A stretch of DNA of 34,367 nt, from positions 1 through 34,367 of the forward strand of contig JBOGDY010000002.1 in the NCBI GenBank assembly GCA_050742955.1, given 5' to 3'. A model generated the notes under the pieces. That model was not told the origin of the DNA. It searched no databases and saw only the letters and a program-made list of their open reading frames with translations. The stretch is from Actinomycetes bacterium (lineage in GTDB: Bacteria > Actinomycetota > Actinomycetes > JACCUZ01). Positions 8,790 through 15,232 of the stretch are shown here, piece by piece. Each line of letters begins with the position of its first letter. Positions within the stretch are counted from its first letter, which is position 1. The translations under genes and the position numbers were made by a program.

Positions 8790-9737
8790 ATGGCGACGCA
8801 GCGACTGACCGCCGTGACCCGGACGCAGGGGAACAACGAGGCCCTGAAGGACGGCCGCGTCACACCCCAGGGCTTCAGCCTCGACTTCCACGAGGTCCCG
8901 GTCCTCGTCCATGCGTTTCGCCGGATGGTGCGCGAGCTTGAGTACGACGTCTGCGAGATGGCGATCACCACCTACATGTGCGCCAAGGCCCACGGCCGGC
9001 GCTTCACTGCGCTGCCCGTCTTCCTGGTGCGCGGGTTCCATCACGGTGCCATCGTGCACAACCCCGCGGCAGGCATCCAGCACCCGACCGACCTCGAGGG
9101 CCGCCGGGTCGGCGTCAACCGCGGCTACACCGTGACCACCGGCCTGTGGGCGAGGAGCATCCTGCAGGACGAGTACGACGTCGACCTGGCCCGCGTGACG
9201 TGGGTGCCCTCCGGCGACGAGCACGTGGCCGAGTACCGACCGCCGGCCAACGTGGTCCCGATGGAGCCGGGAGGCAGCCTCGAGACGATGGTGGCGTCTG
9301 GGGAGCTGGCCGCCGCTGTCGGCATCGAGGCCGACCGTCCCGGCGTCGCGCCACTGATCCCGGACGCGGCGCAGGCAGGGTTCGAGGCGCTGCGGCGGCG
9401 CGGCCTCTACCCGATCAACCACCTCGTGGTCGTCAGGGACGAGGTGCTCGAGGCCCATCCCGGGGTGGCGGCCGCGGTCTTCGATGCGTTCGCCGCCGCC
9501 AAGCGGCTCTACGTCCAACGCCTTCGCAACGACGCGATCGATGCTCCGGGGACGACCGACCTCATGTACAAGCGCGTCATGGAGACCACCGGCAGCGACC
9601 CGTTGCCCTACGGCATCGCGCCCAACCGGGCGATGATCGAACAGCTCATCGACCACGCGATGCGCCAGCGGATCCTCGACCGTCCGCCGACGGTGGAGGA
9701 TCTGTTCCACAAGAGCACGCACGACTTGACCGGGTGA
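8790..9737 (+). CDS. second 4,5-dihydroxyphthalate-decarboxylase-like (NMT1/SsuA-fold) paralog, function unknown
   Basis: 315 aa from ATG 8790. Colinear with 4786-5778: YDVCEMAITTY / FEVAEMSLSSY, ALPVFLVRGFHHGAIVHN / ALPVFTSRSFRHGSIYVN, DLEGRRVGV / DLRGRRVGT. No signal peptide. Confidence 0.6.
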   Translation: MATQRLTAVTRTQGNNEALKDGRVTPQGFSLDFHEVPVLVHAFRRMVRELEYDVCEMAITTYMCAKAHGRRFTALPVFLVRGFHHGAIVHNPAAGIQHPTDLEGRRVGVNRGYTVTTGLWARSILQDEYDVDLARVTWVPSGDEHVAEYRPPANVVPMEPGGSLETMVASGELAAAVGIEADRPGVAPLIPDAAQAGFEALRRRGLYPINHLVVVRDEVLEAHPGVAAAVFDAFAAAKRLYVQRLRNDAIDAPGTTDLMYKRVMETTGSDPLPYGIAPNRAMIEQLIDHAMRQRILDRPPTVEDLFHKSTHDLTG

Positions 9738-9748
9738 GGATGCAGACC

Positions 9749-10201
9749 ATGCAGATCGCGATCGCAGCCGACCACAACGGCATCTCGATGAAGGCACACC
9801 TCATCGAGCGGCTGACCGCCCAGGGTCACGAGGTCGACGACCGCGGTGCGCACGACACACAGGTCGTGGACTACCCACCGCTGTGCGCCGACATCGGCCG
9901 AGAGGTCGTGGAGGGCCACGCCGAGCGAGGCATCGTGATCGGCGGCACCGGCGGAGGCGAAGCCATCGCCTGCAACAAGATCCGCGGAGTCCGCGCCGGG
10001 CTGTGCCACTCGGTGTTCCTCGCGGAGATCTCGAGCGCGCACAACGCAACCAACGTCCTCGTGATGGGTGCGAAGGTGGTGACCCCGGACGACGCCGAGA
10101 AGATCGTCGGCACGTGGCTGACCACGCCGTTCAAGGGTGAACGACACCAGCGGCGCCTGGAGCAGATCGCAGCACTGGAGCGCGGCGAACCGATCGCCTG
10201 A
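9749..10201 (+). CDS. rpiB: ribose-5-phosphate isomerase B family, actinobacterial Glu-base type
   Basis: MQIAIAADHNG..., GIVIGGTGGGEAIACNKIRG and RHQRRLEQI resemble M. tuberculosis RpiB (GIVLGGSGNGEQIAANK, RHQRRI). The second ATG (9749) has better SD spacing than ATG 9740. Confidence 0.82.
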   Translation: MQIAIAADHNGISMKAHLIERLTAQGHEVDDRGAHDTQVVDYPPLCADIGREVVEGHAERGIVIGGTGGGEAIACNKIRGVRAGLCHSVFLAEISSAHNATNVLVMGAKVVTPDDAEKIVGTWLTTPFKGERHQRRLEQIAALERGEPIA

Positions 10202-10222
10202 GGGCCTCGCCGGGGAGCCCGG

Positions 10223-11071
10223 TCAGACCGCGTCGAGAAACTGCAGCACCCTGGCCGGTGCGCTGTCCTCGGTCTGCTCGCTGACAGGAACATCCCAGTA
10301 CTCCGCGCGAGCCAGGCACTCCTCGAGGTAGCGGGCCGCCGAGGTCGCGTGGGACTCGTCCTGACCCGGGACGACGAGTGCGGGGATGTCGAGCCGCATC
10401 AGGTCCTCCGGCTCCGCTCCGGGGGCCGTGTCGCGGTCGAAGAGGAGCCGAGCGAGGCCCGTCACGATGACGGCGTAGTGGTCGGGCTCCTGCCGGGCGT
10501 AGGCCTCGGCGAAGTCCGGGTCACGTCGGATCACTGTGACCCACGGGCCGACCCTGGGGTCCTGGGTGAAGCTGTGGTCGTCGCTGTTGGCCAACGCCAC
10601 GACCTGCTTCAAGCCGTTCTCGGCGACGTAGGCAAGATGCCGCCCCAGCCGAGCGTGCTGCGTGATGCGGTACCTCGCGCCGCCGGCGGGCGAGTACAGC
10701 ACCATGCTCGACACCGTTTCGGGATGCGACACGGCGAACCGCGCGACGATGGAGCAGCCCACACATCCCCCCATCAGGTGTGCCCGTTCGATGCCCAGGT
10801 GCTCGAGCAGTCCCCGGCCCTGAGCGGCGTAGTCACTCCAGCCGATGCGTTCCACCCGGCCCCCCGACTGCCCCGACTCGCGCTTGTCGAAGGTGATGCA
10901 GGTATATCTGGCGGTGAGGTGGTCGAGCAGGTTGAGACGGCGGTAGATGCCCTGCGACGTCCAGTTGTCCAGGGTCGCGTTGAACCCGCCGGGGGCGAAC
11001 ATCAGCAGCGGCGGGCCCGAGCCGGCCACCTCGTAACGTGTGCTGATCCCGTCGATGACGGCACTGGGCAC
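10223..11071 (-). CDS. alpha/beta-fold hydrolase with a predicted cysteine nucleophile
   Basis: 282 aa. The oxyanion/elbow region HLMGGCVGCS reads G-x-C-x-G in place of G-x-S-x-G (Cys103 codon at 10763-10765). GTG start is preceded by GGAGAGG. It is the last gene of the Rieske oxygenase operon. Confidence 0.8.
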   Translation of the reverse strand: MPSAVIDGISTRYEVAGSGPPLLMFAPGGFNATLDNWTSQGIYRRLNLLDHLTARYTCITFDKRESGQSGGRVERIGWSDYAAQGRGLLEHLGIERAHLMGGCVGCSIVARFAVSHPETVSSMVLYSPAGGARYRITQHARLGRHLAYVAENGLKQVVALANSDDHSFTQDPRVGPWVTVIRRDPDFAEAYARQEPDHYAVIVTGLARLLFDRDTAPGAEPEDLMRLDIPALVVPGQDESHATSAARYLEECLARAEYWDVPVSEQTEDSAPARVLQFLDAV

Positions 11072-11088
11072 GACGCCTCTCCGTTCGG

Positions 11089-11913
11089 TCAGGCCTTGCG
11101 GGTGCCACCCTTGATCTGGCGCGCGGCGCGGACGTCCTCGGCGTAGGCCGTGATGGCGTCGTAGCTGATCTGCGCCACGTTGGCGTAGGTCTCCGGCGGG
11201 TCGTCCAGCGCCGACGCCGCATAGCCTATGGCAGCGTTCGCCATGCGCATCCGACCGTCGAGCCAGGGCCCCCCGCCGAACCCTCCGAGAACCGGGATGG
11301 AAACGGCGCGGGCCACCGCCGCACCGACCACCGGTCCTGAGTTGGTGAAGTTGAGCAGCGAAGCCCCGGCCTCTTCCAACCGCTTGGCTTCGACGACCAT
11401 CTCGTCGAGCATCTCCACCGGCACCTCGGAGTCCGTGCCCGGGTGCGCGCTGTAGGTGACGCCGTAGCGCAGCGCGGTCTGCGGCGTGATCCCGAACTGG
11501 GCGAACACCGGGATGCCTGCTCGGCTGACGGCCGTGACCGCGTCGAGGTGGTCGGAAGCCCCGTCGAGCTTCACCAGGTCCACCCCGGCCTCCTTGACGA
11601 GACGGACGGCGGCTCGCACGGCGCTGCCGGGTCCCTCCTGGAGGGGGCCGAACGGGAAGTCGGCGCTGACGAGCGCCCGGCTCACCCCCCGGCGGACCGC
11701 CTGGGAGACGACGACCATCTGGTCCATCGTCACCTCGAGAGGATTCGCGTGCCCCCAGAGGTTGACGCCGACCGTGTCGCCGACCGAGATGATGTCGACT
11801 CCGACCTTGTCGACGATCCGCGCCATCTGGTAGTCCCAGACGACCACACCGACCACCTTGCGCCCGTCGCGCTTCATCGCCTGAAGCGCCGGCAGCGTGA
11901 CCTTCCCGTCCAT
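11089..11913 (-). CDS. PanB-like protein (ketopantoate hydroxymethyltransferase fold, ICL/PEP-mutase superfamily), probably not canonical PanB
   Basis: 274 aa. VGDTVGV, SADFPFG, VKLDGA and FGITPQT are colinear with E. coli PanB VGDSLGM, ADLPF, VKIEGG and LGLTPQS. The region equivalent to LLVLECVP reads LLNFTNSGP. Confidence 0.72.
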   Translation of the reverse strand: MDGKVTLPALQAMKRDGRKVVGVVVWDYQMARIVDKVGVDIISVGDTVGVNLWGHANPLEVTMDQMVVVSQAVRRGVSRALVSADFPFGPLQEGPGSAVRAAVRLVKEAGVDLVKLDGASDHLDAVTAVSRAGIPVFAQFGITPQTALRYGVTYSAHPGTDSEVPVEMLDEMVVEAKRLEEAGASLLNFTNSGPVVGAAVARAVSIPVLGGFGGGPWLDGRMRMANAAIGYAASALDDPPETYANVAQISYDAITAYAEDVRAARQIKGGTRKA

Positions 11914-11929
11914 CTCCTACGTCCCGCCT

Positions 11930-12454
11930 CTAGGCCCGCAGCGCAGTGAGCACCTCGGACACGTCACGTTCGTCGTGCGTAACGATGAGGACCCGGGCAT
12001 GGGGCCGCAGCGCCGCCACCGCGGCATTGGTGTCGTAGCCGTCGGCGAGCACCAGGCCGGCCGTCATGATGCCCCGCAGCGTGCAGGCATCGCCGATGGC
12101 CGAGGCCGTCGCGGCGCCGTCGTTGGCGGTGGCGACCATGACGGCCACGTCGGCGTCGGTGAGCTGCTCACTCAGTCGCGACTCCTCACCGTCGGCGGTT
12201 GACCGCAGCACGACGTCGCCGAGGCCGCCGTTGCTCTCGGCCGAAGCCGCCGGCGACGTGCACGTGAAGAACCTCGCGCTGGCCCACTCCTGCGCGGCCA
12301 CCCGTCGCACGACGGGCTCCGCCCCCTCGTCCAGAGCCACGACCCGGGTTGCGCGCGACGACGCGATCGGGGCGTTGATCCTGAAGCGCGACTCCGCCGC
12401 GGTGGAGGCCCGGGCACAGCTGTTGAGGAGTATCTGCTGCATGGGCTTGCTCAC
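11930..12454 (-). CDS. hypothetical protein, 174 aa, no confident family assignment
   Basis: GTGA start/stop overlap with the Rieske oxygenase gene (12451-12454). Codon usage is consistent with coding. No TM segment or signal peptide. Weak resemblance to a degenerate nucleotide-binding alpha/beta fold (DADVAVMVATANDGAATASAIGDACTLRGIMTAGLV). Confidence 0.5.
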   Translation of the reverse strand: MSKPMQQILLNSCARASTAAESRFRINAPIASSRATRVVALDEGAEPVVRRVAAQEWASARFFTCTSPAASAESNGGLGDVVLRSTADGEESRLSEQLTDADVAVMVATANDGAATASAIGDACTLRGIMTAGLVLADGYDTNAAVAALRPHARVLIVTHDERDVSEVLTALRA

Positions 12455-13737
12455 ACCGAGGACTGGGGAACGCCGGGCCGTGCGGTCACGGCGTCACGGC
12501 TCGCCTCGAGGAACGACTCCTCCTTGGGCAGCACGATCGCAGCGGAGCGGACCCTGTGGTGCTCAGGGTCAACCCCGGGGGGAGTCACGCCCTCGTCGCG
12601 CAGCGCGAGGGCCGCCTTGCGCAGCTTCTGGCGCGCCTTGATGATGCCGCTGTCTGCGGGGACCAACCGCTCCTTGGTGCGGTCGACGATCGGCCCCATG
12701 CTCTCCTGCAGGGACGCGTCCTGCATCGCGATACCGCGAACACCCGAGTAGTGCTCGCTGAGCTTCTGCGCCTCCCGGTCCATCAGGTAGTCGTTGTCCT
12801 TGTTCTGGACCGGCCGGTAGGTGCCCGGGATGTTCTCGCTGTGCACCCCGAACCCGGCTCTCATGTTCGCCACCTCCTGCTCGGTGAGCGCTCGGACGGG
12901 GTGGTAGTCGAACGTGTAGACCCAGCAGTTCTCGTCGTCGATCGGGACCCACAAGTGCCCATGGACCGGATGGTCCCCACGCGGGGGGACCAGCGTGAAG
13001 CTCGGCATGACCCACGGCGTGATCCGCCAGTAGTACTGGCCCTCCTCGGCGTTGCGTCGGGCACCTACGAACAGTCCGCCGTCGGAGTCAACGACCTCGA
13101 AGAACGGCTTGAGGTCGGACATGTTGTACTCGTTGCCCCTGGAGCCCTTGAACAATGGGTCGCTGGACAGGGCACCCGAGTGCAGCCACGAGACGTGGCT
13201 CGAGTCGATGCCACCCTCCAGCGCCTGCAGCCAGTTGCTCTCCTGCCAGCGCTTGGACGTGTAGGTCTGCTCGGGCGGCACCTGGGCGAACTCGAACTCC
13301 GGAAGCGGCGGCTTCCTCGCCGGGTCGCCGAGGTAGGTCCACAGGATGTCGCCGACCTTGACCAGCGGGTAGGACGTCAGCTTGACGTTCGCGCAGAAGC
13401 TGCTGTTCTCCGGCTCGGACGGGACCTCGAGGCACTGCCCCGTGACGTCGTACTTCCACCCGTGGTAGACGCAGCGCAGGCCGCCTTCCTCGTTGCGGCC
13501 GAACCAGAGGGAGACTCCACGGTGGGCGCAGAACTCGTCGATGAGGCCGTACCGACCGTTGCTGTCGCGGAACGCGACCAGGCGCTCGGAAAGGATCTTG
13601 ACTCGCACCGGCGGACAGTCGTCATCCGGCAGCTCCTCGGCCAGGAGGGCAGGCTGCCAGTACTGGCGAAAGAGGTCGCCCATCGGCGTCCCGGGACCGG
13701 TCTCCGTCAACAGCTCGTTGAGCTCTTGCTTGAGCAT
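12451..13737 (-). CDS. Rieske non-heme iron oxygenase, phthalate-family (class IA-like, alpha-only) catalytic subunit
   Basis: 428 aa from ATG 13737 (SD GGAGGAAAG). Rieske motif CAHRGVSLWFGRNEEGGLRCVYHGWKYD. Mononuclear Fe motif SSHVSWLH. N-terminus ELNELLTETGPGTPMGDLFRQYWQPA is typical of phthalate 4,5-dioxygenase-like proteins. Confidence 0.9.
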   Translation of the reverse strand: MLKQELNELLTETGPGTPMGDLFRQYWQPALLAEELPDDDCPPVRVKILSERLVAFRDSNGRYGLIDEFCAHRGVSLWFGRNEEGGLRCVYHGWKYDVTGQCLEVPSEPENSSFCANVKLTSYPLVKVGDILWTYLGDPARKPPLPEFEFAQVPPEQTYTSKRWQESNWLQALEGGIDSSHVSWLHSGALSSDPLFKGSRGNEYNMSDLKPFFEVVDSDGGLFVGARRNAEEGQYYWRITPWVMPSFTLVPPRGDHPVHGHLWVPIDDENCWVYTFDYHPVRALTEQEVANMRAGFGVHSENIPGTYRPVQNKDNDYLMDREAQKLSEHYSGVRGIAMQDASLQESMGPIVDRTKERLVPADSGIIKARQKLRKAALALRDEGVTPPGVDPEHHRVRSAAIVLPKEESFLEASRDAVTARPGVPQSSV

Positions 13738-13854
13738 CGTGCTTCTTTCCTCCCGCGTCCTGACCAGAGAGTGGAGAGTGGCGACCTTCCTCGATCCGGC
13801 TGACAGGCATCCCGCGCCCGGCACGCCCATCGGATGTGTGTGCCCGCTGAAGTG

Positions 13855-13872
13855 CTAACCATAATACCATTG
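13855..13872 (-). promoter_or_regulatory. putative promoter/operator box (minus strand reads CAATGGTATTATGGTTAG) upstream of the Rieske oxygenase operon
   Basis: It shares the GGTATTATnnTTAG core with 3130-3143 upstream of the ferredoxin gene. It is an AT-rich island about 120 nt upstream of ATG 13737. Confidence 0.45.
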
Positions 13873-13957
13873 GCCGGCGCGAACAACGGGCAACCGAGGT
13901 GCGGTCACGGACGCCCGCGGCCCCGGCCGATCGGGCCCGCCTTGCGGCCCGGCGGTA

Positions 13958-13975
13958 GAAGGGTTATACCATTTC
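13958..13975. promoter_or_regulatory. putative operator, 17-bp dyad family (GAAGGGTTATACCATTTC)
   Basis: It matches 12 of 14 specified positions of GAAnGGTAnTACCnTTC. It lies 142-159 nt upstream of bicupin ATG 14117, within an unusually long 379-bp gap. Confidence 0.45.
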
Positions 13976-14116
13976 CCGAGGGCGGTACCGCAGAGAGGAT
14001 GGCCACACAGGGTGAGGCCTGGGTGAGCGGTCGTCACCCTGCCGAGACGGTCCCGGTTGCTCGATCTGCGGTCCGTCGTCGGACCGACGACCCCGACCGA
14101 TGAGAAGAGGAGACCC

Positions 14117-15139
14117 ATGGGCAAGAGCGGACGCGTCTTCGTACGAGGCCTGACCTCCGAGACCTACGGCCTCGGCGAGTTCCGACGCCAACAGCTCGAA
14201 GCGCCGCGGGTTCGCGACGACTCCGTGGTGGTCGACGACGCGAAGGTCGGCCACTCCGGCGACAGTGCCCAGTCACGCACCTGGTGGCGGATCGGCCCGG
14301 GTGATGACGACTTCCTCACCCAGACTCTGCAGGTGCACTTCGTGGAGCTGCCACCGCGATCGGCCAACCACGGCCACGGCCACCAGAACGAGGCCGCGTT
14401 CTACATCCTCGAGGGTGCGGGCTACGAGATCCACGACGACCAACGCTACGACTGGGAGAAGGACGACCTGGTCATCGTGCACACCGACTCGGTGCACCGG
14501 CACTTCAACCCGTACGACGAGAAGGCCGTCGCCCTGGTCATGAAGGCCAAGTGCACCTGGATGTTCATGGGCCTGATCCAGCAGGGCCGCAGCGGACCGG
14601 TCGAACGTGAGACCGAGTTCGGCCCACGGGAGGACTGGTCGGCCATCTGGACGCCCAGCGTCGGCGAGCGGAAGAAGGTCGTCAAGCCCGCCGACACGAC
14701 CTGGGAGAGCACCCCGCTCGGGCGGGTCCGGGTCCTGTCCAGCCCCGACCGTGACGACGTCCGCGTCTTCAGCGTCGACGTGTTCGAGCTGGAGATCCCG
14801 GCCGGGAGCCGGTCCGGCAAGCACTGGAAGATGGCCGACGAGGTGCTCTACGCGGTCGACGGCGAGGGCTACTCGCTGCACTGGGAGGTCGAGGCGGAGA
14901 TCGCCGAGAAGTACTACGCGCGCGTCGCCAAGGAGCCCACGCGCCACGAGTTCAAGAAGGGCGACACCATCTACGTGCCGCAGAACACGGTGGCCCAGCA
15001 CTTCGCCGCCGACGGTTCGCCGGTCCGGCTGCTCTCGGCGCAGAACCGTGTCTTCAAGCACCTCGGCTACGACACGGTCCACTACGTCGAGCCGGCCCCG
15101 GACACCGCTGCCGGCACGCTGACGGCCGCGAACGCCTGA
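14117..15139 (+). CDS. bicupin protein, putative metal-dependent dioxygenase (N-terminal cupin intact, C-terminal cupin degenerate)
   Basis: 340 aa. N-domain motif HGHGHQNEAAFYILEGAG ... VHRHFN (HxHx3-4E...H). The C-domain has GKHWKMADEVLYAVDGEG with only one His. SD GAAGAGGAG lies upstream of the ATG. Confidence 0.72.
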   Translation: MGKSGRVFVRGLTSETYGLGEFRRQQLEAPRVRDDSVVVDDAKVGHSGDSAQSRTWWRIGPGDDDFLTQTLQVHFVELPPRSANHGHGHQNEAAFYILEGAGYEIHDDQRYDWEKDDLVIVHTDSVHRHFNPYDEKAVALVMKAKCTWMFMGLIQQGRSGPVERETEFGPREDWSAIWTPSVGERKKVVKPADTTWESTPLGRVRVLSSPDRDDVRVFSVDVFELEIPAGSRSGKHWKMADEVLYAVDGEGYSLHWEVEAEIAEKYYARVAKEPTRHEFKKGDTIYVPQNTVAQHFAADGSPVRLLSAQNRVFKHLGYDTVHYVEPAPDTAAGTLTAANA

Positions 15140-15232
15140 GAGAGGACGCCCTCGCTGCCCCGCCTCAGCCGCCCTCCGCGCGACGTCCTCGCCGCTGCGG
15201 GGGGCGCCTGCGTCTTCTCCTTCTCCCTCGGC

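Noticed and set aside
4786-13737. Calling this a bona fide phthalate (pht/oph) operon and naming the genes accordingly.
   Set aside because: The diagnostic Gfo/Idh/MocA dihydrodiol dehydrogenase and the FNR-type reductase are absent. The redox partners are of the demethylase/monooxygenase style. The decarboxylase assignment rests on remembered motifs only.
14069-14091. Two mutually exclusive short hairpins in the bicupin-1 leader (CGGTCCG-tcgt-CGGACCG versus GTCGTC-ggacc-GACGAC), considered as a possible attenuator or riboswitch.
   Set aside because: The stems are only 6-7 bp in GC-rich DNA, where such repeats arise by chance. There is no leader peptide, U-tract or recognisable riboswitch core.
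13834-14103. An 89-aa ORF (and its antisense partners) filling the 379-bp gap between the Rieske operon and bicupin 1, considered as a missing small regulator.
   Set aside because: The translation is Arg/Pro/Gly-rich with no HTH pattern and no RBS. It spans the AT-rich operator-like boxes. A regulatory region is the more parsimonious reading.
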